A stretch of 64,000 nucleotides of DNA from the NCBI GenBank assembly GCA_963666835.2, contig CAXXGO010000001.1, forward strand, positions 1 to 64,000. The letters are read 5' to 3'. The position numbers and the translations under genes are program-made. Positions 10,186-20,553 of this stretch are shown piece after piece. The stretch's first letter is position 1, and each line of letters begins with the position of its first letter. The stretch comes from Phycisphaerae bacterium. GTDB taxonomy: Bacteria; Planctomycetota; Phycisphaerae; UBA1845. The notes beneath the pieces are model-generated. The model made no database searches, had not been told where the DNA came from, and saw only the letters and a list, made by a program, of their open reading frames with translations.

Positions 10186-11283
10186 TTACTCGCTTGCTTT
10201 GACCTTGGACGAGGGCCGAACCTGCCGACAGAGTTTGACGAGTTCGTCGACATAGGCCCGAACTGCGTTGACCTCGGCCCCCCCGATTAGCGCGTCTTCA
10301 ATCTTGGCGGAGATTTCCGTGATTACGTCGAACCCGTAGCTGGTGCCCTGCCCTTTCATGTTCCGGGCTATGCTCTTGAGCAGGTTTGAATCGTCTTTCA
10401 CGGTAGCCTGCTCGATCTCGCGAACTCGGCTCGGCAGTTCGTCGACAAAGGCGTTAATCAGCTCCGACATGGACGGATCGTCGCTATAGGTGCTGAACAC
10501 CGGCTCCTCGCGTAACGCTTCGATCAAAGCGGCAAGGTCGGCCCGGACGATCGGCTTCTTCAGGTAGCGGGTCGCTCCGGCCGCAATGCACTCGTTGTGG
10601 TCCTTCTCCGAAGTCCTGGCGGTCGCGGCCACGATCATCCCGGAATACCCCTCGGCGCGGAGCTTCTTGATGGCCTCGATACCGTCCATCACCGGCATCT
10701 CGATGTCCATGAGGATGATGTCGTAGGTGTTCTTAAGGGCCAGATCGACGGCCACCTGCCCGTTGGGAGCATGATCGACATCGGCGTTGAGCTGTTCGAG
10801 ATGGAACGTGGCCAGGCGGACACTCGATGGATCGTCTTCTGCCAGGAGTACTCGAGGGGTAGTGGCCTCGGCGCAATACTCCACCGGGTCAATCAACTTG
10901 GTGAAGGCGATGTCGACGTCGTGGATGTTGTTTTCCACGTATTGGCAGCGGGCGACTTTCCCCGGGACGTGGTTCCAAGTCCCGTGTGACGTAATCAACT
11001 GAACGACCACGTTCGTTCCCGCGTGTACGAAACCACCGTGCAGGAAAGCCATCCCGGTCTTGCTCAGCCGGCGAGTGGGCACCAGGAAGGAGATCGGATC
11101 TCCCGAGCCGGGCTGGTGCATTCGAACGACCATCGCCTTGTTGCGATACCTGAAGGATTGGGCGTTTCGGGAGCCGGTGGCGGACTCCTCGGCGGCGTCC
11201 AGTTCATCGAGGATCTTGGCAACCTCGTCTTCGTCCAGGCGAATTGTCTTGACGGCCTTGGCCGAGGTTGTTCGATCGCCCAT
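10186..11283 (-). CDS. Response regulator: PilZ-like N-terminus + receiver + HPt domain
   Basis: RVLLAEDD...DIILMDIEMPVMDG...YLKKPI (REC) and a C-terminal helical HPt-like domain. The expected HPt His (AHxLKG) reads ARNMKG here. Confidence 0.8.
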   Translation of the reverse strand: MGDRTTSAKAVKTIRLDEDEVAKILDELDAAEESATGSRNAQSFRYRNKAMVVRMHQPGSGDPISFLVPTRRLSKTGMAFLHGGFVHAGTNVVVQLITSHGTWNHVPGKVARCQYVENNIHDVDIAFTKLIDPVEYCAEATTPRVLLAEDDPSSVRLATFHLEQLNADVDHAPNGQVAVDLALKNTYDIILMDIEMPVMDGIEAIKKLRAEGYSGMIVAATARTSEKDHNECIAAGATRYLKKPIVRADLAALIEALREEPVFSTYSDDPSMSELINAFVDELPSRVREIEQATVKDDSNLLKSIARNMKGQGTSYGFDVITEISAKIEDALIGGAEVNAVRAYVDELVKLCRQVRPSSKVKASE

Positions 11284-11665
11284 TTCGCCAACTCCAGAAA
11301 TTCGGACATAATGCCGGCGGGCCGCACGCTGTTCGCCCGAATACGATTCCCCTGAACGCAACTTGACCTACGCCCCCGGTTGAGCGTACGGCAAGCCCGC
11401 CGCCAAAGCCGTCCGCATCACCCGGCGCAGACGCCCCCCGAGTGATGCATGTACCCACCCCCGATGGCGTCTGAAGTGCTTATCGTCACATTGCGAAGGC
11501 GAGTTCTGACCGGTTGCGCCTACCGTGGGTTCTCGGACCATCAAGGACCGCGCGGGCCGTTTGCGGTCGGTCCTGCGGCATTATTGAAGCGCCCCGTGCG
11601 GCATCTTCGGTGTTGTCTTCAGCGGCTCGGCGAGAGGGGAAGGGCCTATAACCGCCCGGCGCTGC

Positions 11666-12490
11666 CTACCACGAGCGGACGAGCTGCGCCAGTTTCGCGA
11701 GTCGACCCAGCAGCTCGTCCAGTTTGTCTAACGGATAGACCGTTGCCGGGTCGCTCTTGGCGTGGTCCGGATCGTCGTGGACCTCCATGAAGAGGGCGTC
11801 CGTTCCCACGGCGACGGCCGCAGTTGCCAGAGTGCCGACGTATTCGCGCCTACCGCCGCTCAACGTCCCGCTTCCTCCGGGGAGTTGGCAGCTATGCGTA
11901 GCGTCGAATACGACCGGGGCGCAAGCGCGCATACGTTTAAGGGCCGTCAGATCATTGACCAGCCGGTTGTACCCGAAGAACGTGCCCCGCTCGGTCAGCA
12001 TGAAGTTGTCACTCCCGGACTCGGCCAGCTTGATGACAACGTTGTCCATCTCCTCCGGCGACATGAACTGCCCCTTCTTGACGTTCACGCACCGCCCGGT
12101 TTGCGCTGCGGCCGCCAGCAGATCGGTCTGCCGGCACAGGAATGCCGGGATTTGCACGCAGTCCACGGCTTCGCCGACCGGAGCGGCTTGTTCCGGGATG
12201 TGAATGTCCGTTACGACCGGGACGCCGATCGCGTTGCGCACATTCGCGAGAATGGATAGCCCCTCCTCGAGCCCCGGCCCGCGAAAACTGTGAATGCTGG
12301 ACCGGTTCGCCTTATCGAAACTGGCCTTGAAGACGAACGGAATCTCATGCCGCGCGCAGATTTTCTTGATTTCCTCCGCCAGCCGAAGGGAGTGATCTCG
12401 AGACTCGATCACACAGGGCCCGGCCAGTAACGCCAGAGGCCGCGCCTTCCCGATCTCAACAGGCCCGATCTTCGCAAGTTCGTATTTCAA
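11666..12490 (-). CDS. kdsA: 3-deoxy-8-phosphooctulonate (KDO8P) synthase
   Basis: AGPCVIES, FKASFDKANRSS, QIPAFLCRQTDLL, VKKGQF, FDATHS. Confidence 0.97.
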   Translation of the reverse strand: MKYELAKIGPVEIGKARPLALLAGPCVIESRDHSLRLAEEIKKICARHEIPFVFKASFDKANRSSIHSFRGPGLEEGLSILANVRNAIGVPVVTDIHIPEQAAPVGEAVDCVQIPAFLCRQTDLLAAAAQTGRCVNVKKGQFMSPEEMDNVVIKLAESGSDNFMLTERGTFFGYNRLVNDLTALKRMRACAPVVFDATHSCQLPGGSGTLSGGRREYVGTLATAAVAVGTDALFMEVHDDPDHAKSDPATVYPLDKLDELLGRLAKLAQLVRSW

Positions 12491-13049
12491 GGTAGTCGCC
12501 TCCTGCCGGTTCGCTCTGGGCGGGGGCCGGCTTCGACCAAGACCCGCAACATGTTACGCGAGGCCGCGTCCCGCCGGCTAGGGTGTCGACTTCCTAAGGC
12601 AGACCGGCGGTGGAACAGGCTCAACCGGTGACGCGGCGAGCCCGGCTTCGCAACTGTTCCCGACCCGATGGGAGACGGTATGTCGTGGTTGAAGGGGCGT
12701 CAAACCGAGTATGACCGTCAGCCGTCTTCCCGGGAACCGGGCGGATCCAATGGCCCCGGAGACCGGCGCCGCGGTTTCGACCTGGCGATGCAGAGCTCGC
12801 CCTATCTGGATTGTGGCTATCAAGCGTGGGTTGAATCGCGGCGTGGCGGGAGGGGTTCGTGTCAGTCTTCCCGGCACAGCCGGACCATGGCCGGTGGGTC
12901 GATTGATCTGATGTCGTGCAACCTCTCGGGCGTGTTGTTCGTACTAAACAGGCGGACAGGAGTCAGACCTTCCGGCCCGAAGTGATGCTGCGGTGACGAA
13001 GAGAGGATACCCCGAGCGCGCAAGCGGATTGACGCTAGGCGGTTTTGTT

Positions 13050-13078
13050 TTGACAGGTGCAACCTGACCCCGCATGAT
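13050..13078 (+). promoter_or_regulatory. Putative sigma-70 promoter for the peptidase-accB-accC operon
   Basis: TTGACA-N17-CATGAT about 80 nt upstream of the start. Confidence 0.5.
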
Positions 13079-13155
13079 ATCTCCGGCTTGGGTGAGGAAG
13101 CGTCGTTGGTTAGTCGGGGTTCTTGCTATTGTCCTTCGGGCAGATGGAGACAGGG

Positions 13156-14265
13156 ATGGCCAAGTCAAAGAAAGGTGGCCCGGCGCCGTTGTTCGCGGGT
13201 CGGCTCGCGCGGTGTCGTCGGCAGATGAAGAAGCACAAGATCGGCGCGTTTCTGATCTCTAAGGAAAGAGACTACTTCTATCTGCTTGGTTTCACCGGAG
13301 AGGACTCGGCGATTATGGTCACGCCGAAGGTGGTCCACGTTCTCAGTGACGGCCGGTTCGACGAGACCATTAACCTGGAATGCCCTTGGGTCACGCGCTG
13401 GATGAGGCGCGGCACGCTCAACGCCGAGATCGCCAAAGCGTGCAAGGAGTTGAAGATCAAGTCCCTGGCTATCCAGGGAGACCGGCTGACCGTAGCGGAC
13501 CAGACCGAACTGCGCAAGGCGAACCGGGGGACGAAACTGGTTGAGGCCCCTGATATTCTCGGCGAGATGCGGCTCAAGAAAGACGAGACCGAGCTAGCCC
13601 AGATCTGCAAGTCCATCCGGAATGCCGAAGAGGCCTTCAAGATCGCGCGGGCGGCGATAAAAGTCGGACAGACGGAGTCTGAGATTGCCGCACGGATCGA
13701 ATACGAGATGAAGCGGCGCGGGGCGTCGGGTCCGTCGTTCCCGACGATCTGTGCCGTGGGCGCCCGCGGGGCCTTGCCACACGCGGAGCCGGGCAACCGC
13801 AAGGTGAAGCGCGGCAGCGCGATTCTGATCGATTGGGGCGCTCGGCTGGGCAATTACTGCAGTGATTTGACCCGTATGGTGTTCGTCGGTAGCATCCCGC
13901 GGAAGATCGGTGAGATTTATCCGATCGTACTTGAAGCACAGCTACGCGCCATTGCGGCGATCCGCCCGGGGAAGCGGATGTGCGATATTGACGAGGTGGC
14001 CCGCGGATACATCAGGGACGCCGGTTACGGGGAGGCGTTCGGTCACGGGCTCGGTCACGGGATGGGGCTCGATATTCACGAGGCGCCTTCTCTGAGCTGG
14101 CGTTCGGACGCGAAGCTCGCCGCCGGAATGGTGGTTACCGTCGAGCCGGGGATTTACCTTCCGGGCATCGGCGGTGTCCGAATAGAAGATGACATTATAG
14201 TGACACCGACCGGAAGCCGCGTGCTGACTCGACTCAGCAAGAGAATCGAGGACGCGGTGATCTAG
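13156..14265 (+). CDS. Xaa-Pro aminopeptidase (M24B)
   Basis: YCSDLTR, FGHGLGHGMGLDIHE, VTVEPGIY, GGVRIEDD. Confidence 0.95.
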   Translation: MAKSKKGGPAPLFAGRLARCRRQMKKHKIGAFLISKERDYFYLLGFTGEDSAIMVTPKVVHVLSDGRFDETINLECPWVTRWMRRGTLNAEIAKACKELKIKSLAIQGDRLTVADQTELRKANRGTKLVEAPDILGEMRLKKDETELAQICKSIRNAEEAFKIARAAIKVGQTESEIAARIEYEMKRRGASGPSFPTICAVGARGALPHAEPGNRKVKRGSAILIDWGARLGNYCSDLTRMVFVGSIPRKIGEIYPIVLEAQLRAIAAIRPGKRMCDIDEVARGYIRDAGYGEAFGHGLGHGMGLDIHEAPSLSWRSDAKLAAGMVVTVEPGIYLPGIGGVRIEDDIIVTPTGSRVLTRLSKRIEDAVI

Positions 14266-14320
14266 CAGGATAACCGGAAGCGCGTCTGCGAAGCGGCGCC
14301 GGTCGATCGGAGTCTGAACG

Positions 14321-14794
14321 TTGCTCGACATTAAGAAGATCCGCGAACTGGTCGAGATGATGGTCACGAATGACCTGGTAGAGATCTCCCTGCGCGACGG
14401 TAATGAGGAGGTGAACCTGCGCCGGCCCAACACCGAGATGGCCGGGCTGCCTCCGGAGCTTCTCGTCCGCCCGGCATCGCCGAACCCCGGAAGCCCGGTG
14501 CCAACCGCCCCGGAGGCGCCCCTGTTTCCGGTGGTCGAGGAAGAGGACGCCGGCTTGGAGGAGATCTGCTCGCCCATGGTCGGGACGTTCTACTCGGCGT
14601 CCGATCCGGATTCCGACCCGTTCGTCACCGTCGGCCAAAGGGTGCAGTCCGGGATGGTTGTCTGCATCCTCGAAGCAATGAAGGTCTTCAACGAGATCAA
14701 GACCGAGGTGGCCGGTACGATTGAGCGCATTCTAGTAAAGAACGCCCAGTCGGTGGAGTACGGACAGCCGCTGTTTCTCGTTCGCCCCGAGTGA
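14321..14794 (+). CDS. accB: Acetyl-CoA carboxylase biotin carboxyl carrier protein
   Basis: SPMVGTFY and the EAMK biotinylation motif. Confidence 0.97.
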   Translation: MLDIKKIRELVEMMVTNDLVEISLRDGNEEVNLRRPNTEMAGLPPELLVRPASPNPGSPVPTAPEAPLFPVVEEEDAGLEEICSPMVGTFYSASDPDSDPFVTVGQRVQSGMVVCILEAMKVFNEIKTEVAGTIERILVKNAQSVEYGQPLFLVRPE

Positions 14795-14860
14795 TCCATC
14801 CGTTCCGGCCGCTTTGCCGGGGTGCGGCGGTAGCCGCCGCAGGATTGAGACCTACGAACA

Positions 14861-16201
14861 ATGTTCCGACGTATTTTGATTGCCAACCGAGGTGAGATCG
14901 CGCTGCGGATAATCCGCGCGTGCCACGAGTTGGACATAGAAGCCATTTGCGTAATCTCGGAAGAAGACCGCGGGGCGGCCTACTTGGATCTGGCGGACCG
15001 GACCATTTGTATCGGCGGGCCGGAACCGAGAGACAGCTATCTCAAGAGCGATCGGATTGTCGCCGCGGCGGAGGTCACCGGCGCTGATGCCCTTCATCCC
15101 GGTTATGGGTTCCTGGCCGAAAGCGCCGCCTTCGCCGAGAAATGCCGCGCGTCCAATATCGAGTTCATCGGACCCAGCGCCGAGGCCATGCGCCTGTTGG
15201 GTGACAAAGCCACCGCCCGCTCGGTCGCCAAGAAAGCCAAGGTTCCGACCACACCCGGCAGTGAAGGGATAATCACGGACGAGTCCGAGCTGGTTGAGAT
15301 TGCCGAGAAGATCGGATATCCGGTGATCATCAAGGCGTCGGCCGGCGGGGGCGGTCGCGGAATGCGAATCGTCCGCAAGAAGTCCGAGTTGGTGACGACC
15401 TTCAAACAGGCCGAACAGGAGGCCAAGGGCGCCTTCGACAGTACCGATCTGTACATGGAGAAGTACATCGAGAAGCCCAAGCACGTGGAAGTGCAGATGA
15501 TCGCCGATACCCACGGCAACGTCGTCCACCTGGGCGAGCGTGATTGCACTGTGCAGCGCCGGTATCAGAAGCTCATCGAGGAATCCCCGTCTCCGGCGAT
15601 TGACTCGCGCACGCGCAACAATCTGTGCGCGGCGGCCGTCAAGTTGACCAAAGCGGCCGATTATGCCGGGGCCGGGACCGTCGAGTTCCTCGTGGACGGC
15701 AAGGGGAAGTTCTACTTCATCGAGGTCAACACCCGGATTCAGGTGGAGCACCCGGTTTCCGAGATGACCACCGGCATCGATCTGATCAAGACGCAAATCA
15801 GAGTTGCCGCCGGTGAGCACCTGGGTTTCTCCCAGAGGGCCATCAAGCCTCGCGGGCATGCCATCGAATGCCGGATCAATGCCGAGGATCCCAGCGAGGA
15901 CTTCCGCCCCTGCCCGGGAGTGGTGACCAAGTTCCGCACCCCCGGTGGGCCCGGAGTCCGCGTGGATACGTACGGACACGATAACTGCCGGATCTCGCCA
16001 AGGTATGATTCACTGCTGGCGAAGGTGATCGTGCACCAACCCACGCGCGAAGAAGCCATCCAGAGTATGCGGCGGTGTCTGCGGGAGTTCATCATCGAGC
16101 CGATCCACACCACTCTGCCGTTTTTGCGCCGGGTACTCGCCCATCCCGACTTCACGGCCGGGAAGATCGACACCGGCTTCGTCGAACGCACACTTTCCTG
16201 A
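14861..16201 (+). CDS. accC: Acetyl-CoA carboxylase biotin carboxylase subunit
   Basis: ILIANRGEIA, HPGYGFLAE, KASAGGGGRGM, IEVNTRIQVEHPV, ECRINAED. Confidence 0.97.
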   Translation: MFRRILIANRGEIALRIIRACHELDIEAICVISEEDRGAAYLDLADRTICIGGPEPRDSYLKSDRIVAAAEVTGADALHPGYGFLAESAAFAEKCRASNIEFIGPSAEAMRLLGDKATARSVAKKAKVPTTPGSEGIITDESELVEIAEKIGYPVIIKASAGGGGRGMRIVRKKSELVTTFKQAEQEAKGAFDSTDLYMEKYIEKPKHVEVQMIADTHGNVVHLGERDCTVQRRYQKLIEESPSPAIDSRTRNNLCAAAVKLTKAADYAGAGTVEFLVDGKGKFYFIEVNTRIQVEHPVSEMTTGIDLIKTQIRVAAGEHLGFSQRAIKPRGHAIECRINAEDPSEDFRPCPGVVTKFRTPGGPGVRVDTYGHDNCRISPRYDSLLAKVIVHQPTREEAIQSMRRCLREFIIEPIHTTLPFLRRVLAHPDFTAGKIDTGFVERTLS

Positions 16202-16219
16202 CGAGCCACGGTGTCAGGG

Positions 16220-17125
16220 GTAGGGCACGGTCGAGGCACGAGACCTGCCTTTGCTTTCGCGTAGCGCAGGCATGTTTGCCTGCACTTGCTTTCGTGTAGC
16301 GCAGGCATCCTTGCCTGCAGCCCCTTGCGCGACGTGCATCTTCCGAACGTACGCCGCCGGCGGGTAGCCCCTTGGGGCGATAGATCCGCTAGCCCCACGG
16401 CGTAAGCCTGGGGGAACCGTGCGGCCGCTTCGCGCCAAGCCCCCTGTAAGCGGCAGAGGACCTCGAGGTTTCGATCGGACGCCGGTGATTCAACATCATA
16501 CGGAACGCACATTGGCGACCACCGGGACCTGTTCGAGTATCGAAGTGCCGCCCCTGGCGATCTTGACAATTGTCGCGCCGTGCCGATTAACAATGGTCAA
16601 GGTAGTTAGGGCTGGGGTCGCCATGGCGACGCGGTCCCGCGGCTTGCGCCGCGGGCTGGCGGAGCTGCCGCCCTGACGGGCTGGTTCCTCGAGCCACGCG
16701 GGTGGCACATATGTGTACGACTCGGGCGATTGCGGCCTTGATGGCAGGTCTCGTTCCTCGACCATGCCCTACGGGACTGCGTTCCGTCCGTGCACGTCAA
16801 CGGCGTTCCGTCCTCCAGCCCAGGGTTGCCGCGCAGCGGCGCCCCTGGGAGCATGGTTAGATCACGAATCAAGTTCGACGGGGTTACGGCGTGGTGGCGA
16901 GAGCTCCGAAGCTGATTGTCGTCGTCGGTGTGTGGCCATTCGGGCGATCTCTGAAACCGCCCTCCGGCCCTTCGGGACACCCCGTAGCGTAGGCTTCCAG
17001 CCTGCCTCGAGATCCCCTCTCCGCCGGCCCTTCGGGACGGGAGCGCGTGGGGAGCGAATCTCACCCACGAGTTCCGCTTCGCTCCACTCGTGGCTCCACG
17101 CCCAAAGTCCCTTCGGGACGGTTAC
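16220..17125. repeat. Intergenic mosaic of several palindromic repeat families
   Basis: Family A (16220, 16743); gtagcgcaggc...gcctgc units (16261, 16296, 16984); cagcccagggttgccgcgcagcggc (16816); cccttcgggac units (16968-17120, also found at ~22485). Confidence 0.8.
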
Positions 17126-17291
17126 CCGCATGGCGGCCTCATGAGGTTAGTACCATTGGGCAGAGCCCAACCTACCGGCTATGCCGACAACGGACATCTT
17201 CTTCATGCCGAAGGGTTACGGGTGGGAACACCCTCGACGTTCATCTGCGATACCCGCGACCGCAACCAACCGCCGGGGGAAGCCTTGACAA

Positions 17292-17720
17292 TCACAGGTG
17301 CGGACGGCACTCAGTTTCAATCGCTTTGGACCATTCGGCCGCCTCGTTGGGCTGAAAAGTCTCGCCGGACTGATCGTCGTGCAGAACTCCGCCCGCCAAC
17401 TCGGCCAGCACCCCTCCCGCAATGGCCGCAGAGACCGCCTCCGCGACGTCGGAGTGCGTGGTTAGCTCGACGCCTTTCGTCCATTTGCGGGCCGCCTCGC
17501 GTTTTGCTCCGTCGAACTCGTCGAGGTTGACGTCAAAAAGAGAAAACTCGAAGCCGGCCTTCCTGCCACAATACACTGCGGGCAGGAACCCGCTGAAGGC
17601 GCGTACATCGAAATCCTTATCCAACTGCAAATCGAAACCGCACCGGGTTATCGCGTTCTGCCACTCGACAGACTCGGGCACGGCATCGTCGGACAAGAAT
17701 ACGGATAACACGATGGACAT
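17292..17720 (-). CDS. Hypothetical protein (142 aa)
   Basis: Protein-like composition with a GGAG-type RBS upstream; family not recognised. Confidence 0.65.
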   Translation of the reverse strand: MSIVLSVFLSDDAVPESVEWQNAITRCGFDLQLDKDFDVRAFSGFLPAVYCGRKAGFEFSLFDVNLDEFDGAKREAARKWTKGVELTTHSDVAEAVSAAIAGGVLAELAGGVLHDDQSGETFQPNEAAEWSKAIETECRPHL

Positions 17721-18118
17721 CTTCGTTCTCCTTGGCCCTGCGCGGTTTCAACGCGGCCGGCCAGCGTACGCCTTCCCGCAGGTTGCGGCAAGAAAGCCAC
17801 TTGGAGTCGCTCGGGTGAGCGCCCGACCCAATTGGCAGGTTCCATTGCCCGCTTTCCCTGTCGCGGCACCGAAATCGACGCGCGCGGCTCGACAAACCAG
17901 GCGCGTCGGGGCCCGCCTTCCTCCTCGGGTTCGTTGAAGGGGGTCGCCGGCTTCTCTTTCAACGGGAATCGTAGCGGCCGTTGTCCGCTCCTTCGGGTGT
18001 CACCCGGGCGCGGATTGTCCGGCTTGCATCTTTGGGCGTCAGGGCGTCCAATGTTGGCGGTCTCGGCGCGGGATCCGGGACGCGCGCCGCGGCGCGTTAC
18101 GGATAGAAGGAACCGACG

Positions 18119-19936
18119 TTGGAAACGGCTGCCTCCAACTTGTGGCCTGTTCTGGGAATGGTCCCCAGCTCAGGCTTGTTGTTCGGGCTGATGCTGGTCG
18201 CGGCAATCGTGGGCGGGTACTCGGCCCGGCTCGTGCATGTTCCGCGGGTCGTCGGGTTTCTGTTGGGCGGTTTGGCGCTTCGAGCGATGTTGCACGGCCT
18301 GCTGGTGCCGGACGATGGCGACGGATCCGTGGCCAATGCCCTGCAATCCGCGGCCGCTCCGCTGAAGGCCATCAAGGACCTCGCCCTGGGTTTGATCCTG
18401 TTCACCATTGGCAGTGTCTTCGAGCGCTCGCGGCTGCGTACGGTGGGCGCGCGGGTGCTAAAGATCGGCGTTCTGGAGATCGGGCTGGTCGTCCTGCTTG
18501 TGTTTGTGGTGTGCGGCGTAGTCGCCCTGATCACGCAATCTCATTACGGGTTCTCGCAGAACCTGGTTTTGGCAGCACTGCTCGCCGCGGCCGGTATCGC
18601 GACCGCCCCGGCCGCCACGCTATTCGTCCTGCACGAATACGAAGCCAAAGGCCCGATCACCAACACGGTGCTCGGCGTCACCGGGCTGAACAATGTTGTT
18701 TGCATCGGGGTCTTCTATTCCACGTTTCTGGTTCTGGCTTCATGCGGAGTAGTAAGCACTTCTGAGGCGTTGAGCGAGCATCTGTGGCTGGCGCTGGCTT
18801 CGACAACGCTGGGCAGTGCGGCGTTAGGGATCATCTGCGGAACGCTAATCAGCATTATCCACGCAAAGCTGCCGCTTTCGGAAACGCTCTTGATTTTCTT
18901 CGCCCTGTTCATCGTGCTGGGTGCGGGCGAGGGCTGGCTGCTGGAGCATTACGGCACGTCCTTCAATTTTCTGCTGACCGCTCTGGTGATTGGGGGAGTG
19001 TTCGCCAACCTGGCGATCAACTCGCAGAAGCTCGAATCATCGCTCAAGACCGTGGGGGGGCCGATTTTCGCCGGGTTCTTCGTGATGGCCGGTTACGATC
19101 TGCACCTGTCCGAGCTGGCCCACATGGGCTGGCTCGGGGGGGCGTATGTTCTCGCCCGGTCGGCGGGCAAGATTCTCGGAGGCCGGATCGGCGTGCGTTG
19201 GGCCAAATCTCCGCAAAGGGCCGGAGACCGCCTGGGGACGACTTTGCTCTGCCAGGCGGCGGTGGTCATAGGCTTGGCTTCGTTCGTGACAGTTAATTGG
19301 CATAGCGAACTGGCTCGGCAGTTCAATACGATCATCCTGGGCAGCGTGGTGGTTTTCGAGCTGGTCGGCCCGTTGCTGATCAAGCGCTGCGTAGTCCTCG
19401 GGGGAGAGGTCAAGCTGACGTCCCTGTTGCGTCGGACGGGGCGGGCGGCCGAGGGTGGCGGGATCGTCCGGCTGACGCTTCGATCGCTGCTGCGGCTGTT
19501 CGGGATCCAGATCCATCGAGCCGCCCCCGGCAGCGAGGCCATGAACGTCAGCAAGATCATGCGCACGAACGTTCAATTCGTTCATGCTTCCGACGGCCTG
19601 GACGACGTGCTCCAGTTCATCGAGAGATCGACATACAACCATTTCACCGTGGTGGACGATGACGATGAGTTTGTCGGAGTGATTCACTTCAGCGACGTTC
19701 GCGACGTTATCTACGATCCGGCGATGAGAGAGCTCGTAACCGCCATAGACCTGGCCGACCCGTCGGCTAAGACCGTTCCGATGGACATGACGCTCGATGA
19801 ACTACTTGAGGTGTTCGGCAAGCAGAATGTCGGGGTACTGCCCGTCGTCGAGAGCCCGGAATGCCGACACATCGTTGGCGTGGTCGAGCAGCGCGATTTG
19901 CTCCGGACCCTGCACCTGTCGCGGATTTCCGGCTGA
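18119..19936 (+). CDS. Cation:proton antiporter (CPA2/Kef-like) with C-terminal CBS pair
   Basis: Many TM helices, ATAPAAT and LLCQAAVVIGL motifs, then tandem CBS domains. Start may be 18158. Confidence 0.88.
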   Translation: METAASNLWPVLGMVPSSGLLFGLMLVAAIVGGYSARLVHVPRVVGFLLGGLALRAMLHGLLVPDDGDGSVANALQSAAAPLKAIKDLALGLILFTIGSVFERSRLRTVGARVLKIGVLEIGLVVLLVFVVCGVVALITQSHYGFSQNLVLAALLAAAGIATAPAATLFVLHEYEAKGPITNTVLGVTGLNNVVCIGVFYSTFLVLASCGVVSTSEALSEHLWLALASTTLGSAALGIICGTLISIIHAKLPLSETLLIFFALFIVLGAGEGWLLEHYGTSFNFLLTALVIGGVFANLAINSQKLESSLKTVGGPIFAGFFVMAGYDLHLSELAHMGWLGGAYVLARSAGKILGGRIGVRWAKSPQRAGDRLGTTLLCQAAVVIGLASFVTVNWHSELARQFNTIILGSVVVFELVGPLLIKRCVVLGGEVKLTSLLRRTGRAAEGGGIVRLTLRSLLRLFGIQIHRAAPGSEAMNVSKIMRTNVQFVHASDGLDDVLQFIERSTYNHFTVVDDDDEFVGVIHFSDVRDVIYDPAMRELVTAIDLADPSAKTVPMDMTLDELLEVFGKQNVGVLPVVESPECRHIVGVVEQRDLLRTLHLSRISG

Positions 19937-20553
19937 TGAATCCGGTCACCGTGTACTTCAGTCCGCCCGCTGCATCAGATAAGGCACGTATCCGAAGCAG
20001 CGGTAGGTGTCGCAGCGCAGGCATCCTGCCTGCAGTATGTCAGATAACGCCGACGGCATGGGTAGAACTGCGGTGCCAGGTGTACGGCACGTTCGAGGTA
20101 CGAGACCTGCCGTTGGTCTTCGCGCGATGTGCATCTTGTGAACGTACGCCGAAGGCGTTCAACAGCAAAGCCCAGGGTAAACAGAGCGGCGCAGCCGCGT
20201 CAGTGCCACCCTGGGTCACAGAGCCCCCTTCTGCACCAACCCCGAAGTGGGTTGAACAACGGCGGAACCCCGTCGGGGTTCATCCTTGATGCAACCGTGA
20301 CCCCAGGGTAGCCGCTGCGCGGCAACCCTGGGCTGTAGGACGTAACGCCGTCGGCGTATTTCAGACGGTAGACCAGGTGATTCACCTGCCTTCGGTGCGA
20401 TCTTGATTCGGTGACGACTCTTGCGCCAACCCGGATGGTGAAGGCAGGTCTACGACCTGCCCTGCAGCACCTGTCGCGGATTTCCGGCTGATGAATCCGG
20501 TCGCCGTGTACTTCAGTCCGCCCGCTGCATCAGATAGAACACATACCCGAAGT
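19912..20553. repeat. ~70-87-bp direct repeats (19912-19998; 20467-20553) enclosing a composite REP module
   Basis: gcacctgtcgcggatttccggctgatgaatccggtc(a/g)ccgtgtacttcagtccgcccgctgcatcagata occurs twice. The interior 20100-20360 resembles 22690-22950. Confidence 0.9.

Noticed and set aside
12578..13062. Short ORFs between kdsA and the peptidase
   Set aside because: No motifs and conflicting overlapping frames; probably a divergent promoter region.
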